NCBI GenBank assembly: GCA_023665755.1
Contig: JAMPDF010000002.1
Location: 136,953-200,952 of the forward strand
Source: Prevotella sp.
Lineage (GTDB): Bacteria > Bacillota_I > Bacilli_A > ML615J-28 > CAG-313
Direction: 5' to 3'
DNA: 64,000 nucleotides
Shown: piece by piece, positions 28,628 through 38,472 of the stretch
How positions within the stretch are numbered: position 1 is the first letter of the stretch
Layout of the letters: each line of letters opens with the position of its first letter
Notes under the pieces: model-generated
Database searches by the model: none
Told to the model about the DNA's origin: nothing
Seen by the model: only the letters and a program-made list of their open reading frames with translations
Translations under genes and position numbers: made by a program

Positions 28628-28639
28628 TGCATTCTTTTT
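28605..28639 (+). terminator. Rho-independent terminator of the lipid operon
   Basis: Stem AGAATGCA / TGCATTCT (28611-28618 / 28628-28635), extended by A/T runs. The loop contains the stop codon. T-tract TTTTT follows. Confidence 0.7.
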
Positions 28640-28732
28640 ATTGTTAGAAAAGATTAGAAAACAATAGGCTATTGCTTGCTAAAAAAAAAGAAGTAATGTA
28701 TAATGTATAAATATTGTCAAAGGAAGAAAAGT

Positions 28733-30106
28733 ATGAAGAAATTTATCGGTAATCAAGCATTTTATAAATATTTACTCGCTATTGCGATTCCCATTGTACT
28801 ACAACAATTTATCACTCAATTTGTGGGATTATTGGATAACCTAATGGTAGGACAAGTTGGAACAAGTGAAATGACAGGAGTATCTATTGCCAATCAGTTA
28901 TTATTTGTCTTCAATTTAGCTGTTTTTGGAAGTTTATCAGGAGCATCTATTTTTGCAAGTCAATATTTTGGATCAAAGTCAAAAGAGGGCTATCTAGAAA
29001 CATTTCGCTTTAAATTATTCGTGGGATGTGTTATCTTCACTGTTTCAACCATCTTATTTTTGTGCTTTCATCACAACTTGATTGACTTTTTTATCCATAG
29101 TAGAGAAGGAGAAACAACTGATCCGACGGTCGTTTTACAAAGTGGAAAAACATATTTACTGATAATGGTTATAGGAAATCTTCCTTTTGTTATCAAAGAG
29201 ATATATGCTACTTCACTCAGAGAAATGAAAGAGACACTTGTTCCAATGATTAGTGGTATTTTGGCTATTTGTATCAACCTCTTTCTCAATTATTTACTCA
29301 TTTTTGGAAAGTGGGGATGTCCCAAATTAGGAATTACAGGAGCTGCAATTGCTACAATTGTGAGCCGGTTTGTAGAAATGTGTATAGTGGTGATTTATAC
29401 GCATCTCAATATGAAGAGATTTCATTTCTTAAAAGGAGCTTATCAGAGGATTGTCAAAAAGGAGTCAATTCGAAAATTTTCTCCACAAACTTTATTGCTA
29501 TTATCCAATGAGATTTTGTGGTCACTAGGTCTAACTTTAATGCTTAGTTGCTATGGATATAGGGGGTTGGATAATGTCAGTGCGTTTAATATTTGTAATG
29601 TTGCAACGAATGTATTTTTAACCGTGGGTACTGCTATGGGCAATGCTACTGCTATTATTTTAGGGTTTAAACTAGGGGCAAATGAATTAGAAGATGCTCA
29701 TCAATCGAGTTATAAAATACTGGCGTTTTGTGTTTTGGTTACTACCTTATTTGCTATATTGATGGCTATTACAAGTGGTATTCTACCAAAAATTTATCAA
29801 ACTAGTGATGAAATCAAACATCTTGCGACTGTTTTAATTTTAATTGGAGCCGTCACACTACCCGTTCAAGCTTTTAATACCTGTTGTTATTTTACACTAA
29901 GAGCAGGTGGAAAAATTGTGCTGACCTTATTTTTTGATGGATTTTATATATGGATAATCAAATTGCCGCTTGCTTTTATTTTGGTTCACTATACAATGTT
30001 ATCCATTCCATTGATTTATTTTATCATTATGGGAATAGATTTATTTAAATCAGTAGTTGGATATATTCTAGTAGATAAAGGTATTTGGCTGAAAAATATG
30101 ACATAA
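28733..30106 (+). CDS. MATE family efflux transporter
   Basis: 12-TM protein with a MATE-type N-terminus (ILQQFITQFVGLLDNLMVGQVG). I prefer the ATG at 28733 (RBS AAAGGAAG upstream) over the ORF-track start at 28703. Confidence 0.85.
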   Translation: MKKFIGNQAFYKYLLAIAIPIVLQQFITQFVGLLDNLMVGQVGTSEMTGVSIANQLLFVFNLAVFGSLSGASIFASQYFGSKSKEGYLETFRFKLFVGCVIFTVSTILFLCFHHNLIDFFIHSREGETTDPTVVLQSGKTYLLIMVIGNLPFVIKEIYATSLREMKETLVPMISGILAICINLFLNYLLIFGKWGCPKLGITGAAIATIVSRFVEMCIVVIYTHLNMKRFHFLKGAYQRIVKKESIRKFSPQTLLLLSNEILWSLGLTLMLSCYGYRGLDNVSAFNICNVATNVFLTVGTAMGNATAIILGFKLGANELEDAHQSSYKILAFCVLVTTLFAILMAITSGILPKIYQTSDEIKHLATVLILIGAVTLPVQAFNTCCYFTLRAGGKIVLTLFFDGFYIWIIKLPLAFILVHYTMLSIPLIYFIIMGIDLFKSVVGYILVDKGIWLKNMT

Positions 30107-30129
30107 AATAAAGAAAAGGAGAGATGATT

Positions 30130-31797
30130 ATGTTGACGGATATTCAAATTGCTCAATCCATTGAGCCTAAAAAAATAGATGAAATTGCGAAAACTGCTCA
30201 AATTGATTTGAAATATATAGAGCGTTATGGCAATTATAAAGCAAAAGTAGATTTATCTTTATTAAAAGAAAATCAAAATCCAAATGGAAAATTAATCCTC
30301 GTTACCGCAATTACACCAACGCCTGCAGGTGAAGGAAAAACAACCACCACCATTGGCCTTGCTGATGGATTAAAACGAATTGGTAAAAATGTTATGGTGG
30401 CTTTACGAGAACCTTCACTTGGGCCTGTATTTGGTATCAAAGGTGGGGCTGCAGGGGGAGGATATGCTCAAGTCATTCCTATGGAAGATATCAATTTACA
30501 TTTCACGGGTGATTTTCATGCGATTGGTGCTGCGAATAATTTACTTGCGGCGATGCTAGATAATCATATTTATCAAGGCAACACTTTAGGGATTGACCCT
30601 GCTCAAATTACGTGGAAACGTTGTGTGGATATGAATGATCGTCAACTTCGGTTTATCACTGATGGCCAAGGTGGAAAATTCAATGGAGTAGAACGAACTG
30701 ATGGTTATGACATCACTGTTGCATCTGAGGTAATGGCCATTTTATGTCTGGCTACATCTATGACCGATTTAAAAATGCGCCTAGGGCGAATTATTGTAGG
30801 CTATACATATGATCATCAGCCTATTACCGCGCATGATTTAAAAGCAGAAGGGGCGATGGCTGCTCTATTAAAAGATGCTTTAAAACCAAATTTAGTTCAA
30901 ACCTTAGAAGGAACGCCTGCTTTGGTACATGGAGGACCATTTGCTAATATTGCTCATGGTTGCAATTCTATTATGGCAACACGTATGGCACTTAAATTAG
31001 CTGATTATACAGTAACAGAAGCTGGTTTTGGAGCAGACCTAGGCGCAGAAAAATTTTTGGATATCAAATGTAGAGTTAGTGGTCTACGCCCTGATGCGGT
31101 AGTCATTGTTGCAACTGTTCGGGCATTAAAAATGCACGGAGGAATGCAAAAAGAAGAACTCGCAAAGGAAAATCTAGAAGCTCTTGAAAAGGGAATTCCT
31201 AATCTATTGCGTCACGTTTCTAATATTCAAAATGTATATCACTTACCATCTGTAGTGGCAATTAATCGTTTTCCAACGGATACCGATCAAGAAATAGACT
31301 TAATTATTCAAAAATGTAAGGCACTAGGTGTGAATGTGCGTTTATCCACTGTTTGGGCAGATGGTGGAAAAGGGGGAATAGAGCTTGCTGAAGAGGTTGT
31401 AGCATTGTGTGAAAAAACCAATGCGTTTACTTATAGCTATGAGGATCAGTTATCTATTTATGAAAAAATTGAAGCTATCGTTCAAAAAATATATGGGGGT
31501 AGTGGAATCAAAGTATTAAAATCGGCCCAAGCACAAATAGAACAATTGACCGCTTTGGGTTTTGGTCATTTGCCTATTTGTATAGCCAAAACCCAATATA
31601 GTTTTTCGGATGATGCTAGTTTGCTTGGTGCACCCGATGATTTTATTGTTACTATTCGCAATGTCAAAATCAGTGCAGGGGCAGGATTTATTGTTGTATT
31701 AACGGGAAAAATTATGACCATGCCAGGTTTACCTAAAGTGCCAGCCGCAGAGCAGATTGATGTAGATGAAGATGGTACTATTCATGGTTTATTTTAA
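30130..31797 (+). CDS. fhs: Formate--tetrahydrofolate ligase
   Basis: [16 protein letters not shown] and full-length similarity to Fhs. GGAG lies 8 nt before the ATG at 30130 (alternative ATG at 30124). Confidence 0.95.
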   Translation: MLTDIQIAQSIEPKKIDEIAKTAQIDLKYIERYGNYKAKVDLSLLKENQNPNGKLILVTAITPTPAGEGKTTTTIGLADGLKRIGKNVMVALREPSLGPVFGIKGGAAGGGYAQVIPMEDINLHFTGDFHAIGAANNLLAAMLDNHIYQGNTLGIDPAQITWKRCVDMNDRQLRFITDGQGGKFNGVERTDGYDITVASEVMAILCLATSMTDLKMRLGRIIVGYTYDHQPITAHDLKAEGAMAALLKDALKPNLVQTLEGTPALVHGGPFANIAHGCNSIMATRMALKLADYTVTEAGFGADLGAEKFLDIKCRVSGLRPDAVVIVATVRALKMHGGMQKEELAKENLEALEKGIPNLLRHVSNIQNVYHLPSVVAINRFPTDTDQEIDLIIQKCKALGVNVRLSTVWADGGKGGIELAEEVVALCEKTNAFTYSYEDQLSIYEKIEAIVQKIYGGSGIKVLKSAQAQIEQLTALGFGHLPICIAKTQYSFSDDASLLGAPDDFIVTIRNVKISAGAGFIVVLTGKIMTMPGLPKVPAAEQIDVDEDGTIHGLF

Positions 31798-31818
31798 ATA
31801 GGAAAAAATTGAAAAAAC

Positions 31819-31883
31819 AAAAAGCTTTTCTAGCCTCAAAATTTGATCAACATCAGTTGAAAATGAGACTGGGAAAGCTTTTT
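31819..31883. terminator. Probable bidirectional terminator (long composite hairpin) between convergent fhs and phosphatase genes
   Basis: 12-bp outer stem AAAAAGCTTTTC / GGAAAGCTTTTT with an inner stem TCAAC/GTTGA. T-runs are present on both strands. Confidence 0.45.
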
Positions 31884-31892
31884 ATATTCTTT

Positions 31893-32459
31893 TTATTGGT
31901 TAAATTGATAATGAACTATTTCTTGATGATCAATCTCAATCCAGTTTAGATTGCCATTTTCTAAAAAAGATTGGAAAGTTAATCTAGAATCCAAAGTAGT
32001 AAATAGTGCTTTGATAAAATGGGAATGGGTAACAATCAAAATATGTTTTCCTTCATAAAGAGAAGCAATCTCAAGAATTTCTTGTCTAGCTCTAGCTTGA
32101 ATAGTAGAAGTGCTTTCCATTCCAGCATATTCATCTTTTAGAATTTTTTCATATACAGCTGGAGTGATTTCTAAACCTTCAGCGCTACCAAATTCCCTTT
32201 CAATCAACTGATTGCGTTTGATGATAGGGACATCGATTTGTAGTGTTTTTTGAATGATTTGGGCAGATTCATAGGCTCTAGATAAAGGGCTAGATAACAC
32301 AATATCCCACTGAATAGGGTAGGTGCTTAATCGTTTTGCGGTATGCATCAATTGCATTCTTCCAGTGTCATTTAAGGGTTGATCTAGTCTACCTTGAATC
32401 AAATGAGATTGATTCCAATTGGTTTGACCATGCCGAATTAAACAAATGATGGTTTTCAT
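31893..32459 (-). CDS. Histidine phosphatase (phosphoglycerate-mutase-like) family protein
   Basis: MKTIICLIRHGQTNWN (RHG motif) preceded by RBS GGAGG. The longer ORF-track version (to 32864) has no RBS and overlaps the divergent gene. Confidence 0.8.
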   Translation of the reverse strand: MKTIICLIRHGQTNWNQSHLIQGRLDQPLNDTGRMQLMHTAKRLSTYPIQWDIVLSSPLSRAYESAQIIQKTLQIDVPIIKRNQLIEREFGSAEGLEITPAVYEKILKDEYAGMESTSTIQARARQEILEIASLYEGKHILIVTHSHFIKALFTTLDSRLTFQSFLENGNLNWIEIDHQEIVHYQFNQ

Positions 32460-32559
32460 TTTTGCCTCCGTTTCATTTGAAAAAGGATTGATTCTTTTAT
32501 AAAAGATAATGCAATCTTTCTTACTATTATACCATAAAAAACATAAATGCTTAAATGAT

Positions 32560-32588
32560 TTGAAAAAAAAAGAAGAATTTGATATACT
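32560..32588 (+). promoter_or_regulatory. Candidate sigma-A promoter for the GHKL ATPase gene (spacer contains an A9 tract)
   Basis: TTGAAA (32560-32565), 17-nt spacer that includes A9 (32563-32571), TATACT (32583-32588). Confidence 0.5.
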
Positions 32589-32630
32589 AAATAGGTCTAA
32601 TTTGTAGAAAAAATAGGGAAGGTATAGTTT

Positions 32631-34403
32631 ATGAAGTTTAATTTTAAGAATCGTGTACGTAATTTTAAGTTTTCGGCAAATGAAATCTTTGTCCCATTGC
32701 ATGAGGCCATCATGAACTCTATCCAATCTATTGAAGAAAAAGGAAACTTTGAAGAAGCCTTTATCCATATTCGTATTGAACGAGATAGTTACCGAATTGC
32801 TGGATTTACATCTGGTATTTTTGCGATTGAGATTGTGGATAATGGTATAGGATTTGTTACACATAACTATGAATCCTTTTGTACAAGTGATTCTGATTAT
32901 AAAGTAGAAATCGGGGGAAAGGGTGTAGGCAGAATCAATTGGTTAAAAGCATTTGAAATGGTCGAGGTACATAGTGTATATGAAGAAAATCATACCCTAT
33001 ATGAACGGCATTTCCATTTTAACATAGACGATGAGATTCATGATGAAACCATTCGTAATGTAGATGAACAAACACCTATTGAAACCAAAATTACGCTCAT
33101 TAACTTGAAACAAGATTATAGAAGTGCAACTGAAATTTCTCTAAAAGAAATTGCTTTAAAAGTCATTGAACACTTTGCTACCTATTTTGTAATAGGTGCT
33201 ATGCCTAAGATGATTATTGAAGATGAAATTGATCAAATTAATTTAAATGAATTTTTTGAAAAAGAAAAGTTCATTGAAACAAAAAATGAAATTGTTACAT
33301 CCAATAATAAAGTATTTAACATTCGACATGTCTTTTTAAATGCCAGCCCTAATGCGAAACATAAAATATATATTTGTGCTCAAAATCGGGTTGTATGTAG
33401 TTATGATGTGATGAATATAGAAGACTTACCAAGCACCTTTTTGATTAATGATAAAAAAGCGATTTATCAGTGCTATGTTCATGGAGAATTTTTAGATAAT
33501 GATGTCAATAGTGAAAGAACTTATTTTAGCAATATCATATTTGAACAAGAACAAGATAGCGATAAACCACATTTTGAACTAGCCATTAATTTGTATGAGG
33601 CTGTATACAATCAAATTCATGTTTTTTTAATGGGCTATTTAGAACCAATGCGAGAAATTCGTGACACTAAAATCAGCGAATATATTGAGCACTATTCACC
33701 ACAATATAAGTATTTAGAAAAATATGCCAAAAAGGAATTACAAAATATTTCTTATGCCATCGCATCTAATCCAGACAAATTGGCAATGGAATTGGATAAA
33801 TTAGGAAATAAATTTAATATCAAACATAAACATCAAATTGGTAAAACATTACAAGACGCAAGTGAACAAGCCAAAGATAAATTACTGTCATTAGTTGGAC
33901 CACTATCAGAAAATTTAAGGAGTGAGTTTGCTAATTTTGTATTCAATCGTCATGCAACAGTAGATATCTTTGAACGTATTTTAGCATTGGAACCAACGCT
34001 TGTAGATATAGTACAACAATTTTTCTTGGTTCAAAATGATGTAACATCTGACGAAACAAATCTTTGGTTAGTAGATGAGCGCTTGAGCTATCGCTTTGAT
34101 TGTAAATATTTTGATGAATCCTCTTTTGTATGCTATGTTAATGAACTAGAATCTTCCGCTATCGCCATTTATTTTGTAGATCCCAAACAAATTCGTTTCC
34201 ATCCATCGGATAATCCAGTTGCTTCTTTTCAAAAGCAACTCAAACAAATGGATATGGACAAAACAGTACAATTCACTTCATATATCATTGTGAGTGATGC
34301 ATTTGGTTTGATATCGGAAGGTTGGGTTGAAAAGGATATGGTTGTCTTGACCTATCAAGATATGATTGAACGAGCGAAAAGAAAAGAAGCAAATTTCAAA
34401 TAG
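32631..34403 (+). CDS. Orphan GHKL (Bergerat-fold, HATPase_c_3/MORC-Hsp90-like) ATPase with ~430-aa unassigned C-terminal region
   Basis: N-box-like HEAIMNSIQSIEE, DxGxG box EIVDNGIGF, and Gly-rich lid IGGKGVGRINWLKAF within the first ~110 aa. RBS GGGAAGG. Confidence 0.6.
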   Translation: MKFNFKNRVRNFKFSANEIFVPLHEAIMNSIQSIEEKGNFEEAFIHIRIERDSYRIAGFTSGIFAIEIVDNGIGFVTHNYESFCTSDSDYKVEIGGKGVGRINWLKAFEMVEVHSVYEENHTLYERHFHFNIDDEIHDETIRNVDEQTPIETKITLINLKQDYRSATEISLKEIALKVIEHFATYFVIGAMPKMIIEDEIDQINLNEFFEKEKFIETKNEIVTSNNKVFNIRHVFLNASPNAKHKIYICAQNRVVCSYDVMNIEDLPSTFLINDKKAIYQCYVHGEFLDNDVNSERTYFSNIIFEQEQDSDKPHFELAINLYEAVYNQIHVFLMGYLEPMREIRDTKISEYIEHYSPQYKYLEKYAKKELQNISYAIASNPDKLAMELDKLGNKFNIKHKHQIGKTLQDASEQAKDKLLSLVGPLSENLRSEFANFVFNRHATVDIFERILALEPTLVDIVQQFFLVQNDVTSDETNLWLVDERLSYRFDCKYFDESSFVCYVNELESSAIAIYFVDPKQIRFHPSDNPVASFQKQLKQMDMDKTVQFTSYIIVSDAFGLISEGWVEKDMVVLTYQDMIERAKRKEANFK

Positions 34404-34475
34404 AATCAAATGGATTGTGGGGCAATGGCCTTTTCAAATCCTATCTAATAAAAATCAGTAGAATCAGGTGAAAAT

Positions 34476-35765
34476 ATGATAGAAAGATATGCAAGGAAAC
34501 CGTTACAAGTACTTTGGAGTGATGCTACTCGTTTTCAACATTTACTAGAAGTAGAATTGGCGAGTACAGAAGCATTTGCTCATTTAGGAATTGTACCTAT
34601 AGAAGATTATCAAGCCATGAAACAAAAGGCTACATTTTCTTTAGAACGCTTGTATGAACTAGAACAAATTACCCATCACGATGTTATTGCCTTTACAAAA
34701 GCAGTTCGTGAAAACTTAGGTGAAGAAGGCAAGTGGCTACATTATGGTTTAACTAGCACGGATGTAGTAGATACTGCACAGGGTCTTACAATCAAAAAAG
34801 TAAATGATATATTAGAAACAGATATAGAGCAATTGTTGGATATATTGCTTCAAAAAGCCAAACAATATAAGTTTACGCCTTGTATGGGGCGTACCCATGG
34901 AATACATGCGGAAGTCACTTCGTTTGGTTTAAAATGGGCACTATGGCTAGATGAGATGAGACGCAATCTTGATCGATTTCATCAAGCAAGAGCCCAGATA
35001 GAAGTAGGTAAAATTAGTGGTGCTGTGGGGAACTTTGCCAATACTCCCAAAGAGGTTGAAGAATATGTTTGTCAAAAACTTGGACTTGGATTTGCAGACA
35101 TTTCCACACAAGTACTCTCTCGAGATAGACATACTCAATATTTATATGCGCTAGCACAAATTGCATCAACCATCGAAAAAATAGCTACAGAAATTCGGCA
35201 TCTATCAAGAAGTGAAGTCAAAGAAGTCGAAGAATATTTTGCGAAAGGTCAAAAAGGATCAAGCGCAATGCCACACAAACGTAACCCAATTGCATCTGAG
35301 AATATGTGTGGAGTAGCAAGAGTTGTGATTGCCTATTTGCAAGTTGGATTTGAAAATAACATTTTATGGCATGAAAGGGATATCAGCCATTCTTCTGCGG
35401 AAAGAATCGTCTTAGCAGATGCAACCACTTTAGTCGACTATATGTTATGTAGGTATACCAAAGTGCTAGAAAATCTAACTGTATTTGAAGATCAAATGTT
35501 ACAAAATATTCAATTGACACAAGGGTCAGTATTTTCAGGCCGAGTGGTTAATGCATTAGTCGAAAAAGGAATGGATAGATATATAGCATATGATTTGGTT
35601 CAAGAACAAGCGATGATAGCTTTATCTACCCACCAACCCTTATTAGAGTTATTGAAACATACACAAGTAGCTGATATGTTGCAACAAGATTTAGAGGCTT
35701 GCTTTGACCCAACATATTATTTAAGAGGAGTAGACTCAATTTATGAGCGTCTAGGATTGGAGTAA
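34476..35765 (+). CDS. purB: Adenylosuccinate lyase
   Basis: MIERYARKPL N-terminus and the fumarate-lyase signature GSSAMPHKRNP. Confidence 0.95.
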   Translation: MIERYARKPLQVLWSDATRFQHLLEVELASTEAFAHLGIVPIEDYQAMKQKATFSLERLYELEQITHHDVIAFTKAVRENLGEEGKWLHYGLTSTDVVDTAQGLTIKKVNDILETDIEQLLDILLQKAKQYKFTPCMGRTHGIHAEVTSFGLKWALWLDEMRRNLDRFHQARAQIEVGKISGAVGNFANTPKEVEEYVCQKLGLGFADISTQVLSRDRHTQYLYALAQIASTIEKIATEIRHLSRSEVKEVEEYFAKGQKGSSAMPHKRNPIASENMCGVARVVIAYLQVGFENNILWHERDISHSSAERIVLADATTLVDYMLCRYTKVLENLTVFEDQMLQNIQLTQGSVFSGRVVNALVEKGMDRYIAYDLVQEQAMIALSTHQPLLELLKHTQVADMLQQDLEACFDPTYYLRGVDSIYERLGLE

Positions 35766-35768
35766 AAA

Positions 35769-37046
35769 ATGAAAAAAGCAGTAGTAGTAGGTACCCAATG
35801 GGGTGATGAAGGAAAAGGAAAAATTACCAATTATTTGAGTCAACAAGCTGATATCGTTGTTCGCTATCAAGGAGGGGACAATGCAGGACATTCTATTCAA
35901 TTTGATGGCACAAAATATGCGTTACATGTGATTCCATCAGGTGTATTTTATGCGCATATTCGAAATGTACTAGGAAATGGAGTTGTACTCAATCCAAAGA
36001 CTTTCGTAGAAGAAGTAACGAAGTTAAAACAACAAGGATTTACTTGTGAAAATTTATATATTAGTGACCGTGCTCACGTCATTTTTGATTATCATAAAAT
36101 AGTTGATGGGTTGCAAGAAGTCGCTTTAGGCGAACGTAAAATTGGTACAACTAAAAAAGGAATTGGACCTACATATACCGATAAAGTAGCTCGGTCAGGT
36201 ATTCGAGTAGGTGATTTTGTTAGTGATGATTTTGAGACCATATATAAGACCGCATTGAAGCAAAAAAATGCTGAAATCATCCGCCTTGGTGGTGAGCCCT
36301 TGGATGTCGAAGAAAGTTACCAAGAATATCAGGCATTAGCAGATATCATTAGACCCTATGTAGTAGATACAGTGGTAATGCTCAATGAGGCTGTAAAGCA
36401 AAATCAAAAGATATTATTTGAAGGTGCACAAGGGGCACTACTAGACATTGATTTTGGAACATATCCATATGTAACCTCCTCTAACCCATCAGGTGGTGGC
36501 GTTTGTGTAGGTAGTGGGATTGGTCCAACCGCTATTCAAGATGTTATTGGGGTTGCCAAAGCTTATGCAACACGGGTAGGTAGTGGTGCTTTCCCAACAG
36601 AATTTGAAGATGACATCGCCAAAAGAATTCGGGAAACGGCTCATGAATATGGTACAACAACCAAACGGCCAAGAAGAATTGGTTGGCTTGATGCGGTGGT
36701 GCTCAAATATAGTACAATGATTAATGGATTAACGGGAATTTCTCTAATGCTATTAGATGTTTTATCGGGAATTGAAACCCTAAAGGTTTGTACAGCTTAT
36801 GAGTTAAATGGAAAGAAAATAGAAAGCGTTCCTGCTAGAATTTCTGATTTTGAAGCTTGTAAGCCTATCTATGAAACACTTCCTGGCTGGTGTGAGGATT
36901 TATCTCAAATCAAAACTTATGAAGACTTGCCAGCAAATGCAAAGGGATATATCGCTTTTATTGAAAAAATAACAGGCGTTCCAGTAGTAATGGTTTCGGT
37001 TGGACCAGATATCAATCAAACGATTATTCGACGAAAAGTCATGTAA
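35769..37046 (+). CDS. purA: Adenylosuccinate synthetase
   Basis: GTQWGDEGKGKITN P-loop and GIGPTYTDK motifs. Confidence 0.95.
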   Translation: MKKAVVVGTQWGDEGKGKITNYLSQQADIVVRYQGGDNAGHSIQFDGTKYALHVIPSGVFYAHIRNVLGNGVVLNPKTFVEEVTKLKQQGFTCENLYISDRAHVIFDYHKIVDGLQEVALGERKIGTTKKGIGPTYTDKVARSGIRVGDFVSDDFETIYKTALKQKNAEIIRLGGEPLDVEESYQEYQALADIIRPYVVDTVVMLNEAVKQNQKILFEGAQGALLDIDFGTYPYVTSSNPSGGGVCVGSGIGPTAIQDVIGVAKAYATRVGSGAFPTEFEDDIAKRIRETAHEYGTTTKRPRRIGWLDAVVLKYSTMINGLTGISLMLLDVLSGIETLKVCTAYELNGKKIESVPARISDFEACKPIYETLPGWCEDLSQIKTYEDLPANAKGYIAFIEKITGVPVVMVSVGPDINQTIIRRKVM

Positions 37047-37058
37047 GGAGAATCATCT

Positions 37059-38471
37059 ATGGAAAAATATGATGTAATTTTAGTAGGCGCAGGCCCAGCG
37101 GGTATTTTTAGTGCCTATGAATTGATTCAAAAAGCCCCTCAGTTAAAAGTGTTATTGATTGAAAAAGGGAATGATATTTATTCAAGAAAATGTCCTATTC
37201 TAGAGAAAAAACGTGATAAATGCCCAAAGACGAAGACAGGAACTTGTTATCCATCTTGTGCAATGACATCAGGCTTTGGTGGTTGCGGGGCTTATTCTGA
37301 TGGTAAATTTAATATCACAAGTGAGTTTGGTGGATGGATGACGGATTATTTAGATGAGTCCGAAGTGCTAGATTTAATTCGTTATGTAGATCAGATCAAT
37401 TTGGAACATGGCGCACCAAATACACTAACTAATCCATATACAAAAGAAGTATTTGATATTGAAAAAAAAGGAATGGCAAGAGGATTAAAGTTACTCCGAA
37501 GTGAGGTTAGACATTTAGGAACAGAGGTCAACCTACAAGTACTAAAGAATATTTATGAAGATATGAAACCCCATATGGATTTCCGATTTGCAACAAGTGT
37601 AGCAGATATCATTGTCAATGAGAATCGCATAGGAGGAGTCATCCTAGAAAATGGAGAAACCCTGCTTGCTGATTATGTGGCGTTATGTGTTGGAAGAGCA
37701 GGCTCTGCTTGGCTTACAAAAGTCCTTTCTAAACATAAAATTTCATTTACGAACAATAAGGTAGATGTGGGTGTACGTGTAGAGACCAATGACATTATTA
37801 TGGAAGAAATCAATAAACACCTATATGAAGGAAAGTTTATTTTCAATACGAGTGTAGGAACAACTGTTCGAACATTTTGTTCAAACCCATCTGGACACGT
37901 TGTAATTGAAAATCACCATGGTGTAAAAGTATGTAATGGTCATGCCTTCAATGATATTCGTTTAGGGTCGAAAAATACCAATTTTGCTTTACTAGTCTCC
38001 CTAGAGTTTGATGAACCATGTAAAGATCCAAATGGATTTGCGGAAGAAATATCTAGACTAGCCAATCAATTGTCAAATGGTGGTGTTATTGTTCAAAAAT
38101 ATGGTGATATTAAAATGGGAAGAAGAAGCACCAAGAAAAGATTAGATGAAGGATTTGTCAAACCAACATTGAAAGAGGCTATACCAGGTGATTTGGGACT
38201 GGTTTTACCTTATAATGTTATGAAATCACTCATTGAGATGATTGAAGCATTAGACTATATTACCCCAGGTATTGCTAGTGATCATACTTTGTTTTATGGC
38301 GTTGAAGCAAAGTTTTACAGTGATCGCCCTGTTGTCAATTCACATTTTGAAACGCATATTCAAAACTTATATGTTGGTGGAGATGGAGCAGGGATTACAA
38401 GAGGACTAGCTCAAGCAGGGGCGAATGGTGTTAAAATTGCAAGGAGTATCATAGAAAAGGAGATAAAATAA
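37059..38471 (+). CDS. FAD-dependent oxidoreductase-like protein (COG2509-type), function unknown
   Basis: Rossmann motif DVILVGAGPAGIFSAYEL and C-terminal YVGGDGAGITRGLAQA. Confidence 0.75.
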   Translation: MEKYDVILVGAGPAGIFSAYELIQKAPQLKVLLIEKGNDIYSRKCPILEKKRDKCPKTKTGTCYPSCAMTSGFGGCGAYSDGKFNITSEFGGWMTDYLDESEVLDLIRYVDQINLEHGAPNTLTNPYTKEVFDIEKKGMARGLKLLRSEVRHLGTEVNLQVLKNIYEDMKPHMDFRFATSVADIIVNENRIGGVILENGETLLADYVALCVGRAGSAWLTKVLSKHKISFTNNKVDVGVRVETNDIIMEEINKHLYEGKFIFNTSVGTTVRTFCSNPSGHVVIENHHGVKVCNGHAFNDIRLGSKNTNFALLVSLEFDEPCKDPNGFAEEISRLANQLSNGGVIVQKYGDIKMGRRSTKKRLDEGFVKPTLKEAIPGDLGLVLPYNVMKSLIEMIEALDYITPGIASDHTLFYGVEAKFYSDRPVVNSHFETHIQNLYVGGDGAGITRGLAQAGANGVKIARSIIEKEIK

Positions 38472-38472
38472 T

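Noticed and set aside
30107-30129. THF riboswitch or T-box upstream of fhs
   Set aside because: Only about 20 nt separate the MATE stop from the fhs start, leaving no room for a structured leader.
32460-32864. N-terminal 135-codon extension of the minus-strand ORF 31893-32864
   Set aside because: The recognisable histidine-phosphatase sequence starts at MKTIICLIRHGQT (ATG 32459) behind a GGAGG RBS. The extension is low-complexity, crosses the divergent promoter region and overlaps the GHKL gene.
34404-34475. Purine riboswitch or PurR-box leader upstream of purB
   Set aside because: The gap is only 72 nt and shows no three-way-junction-like pairing or terminator. It is too short for a purine riboswitch with an expression platform.
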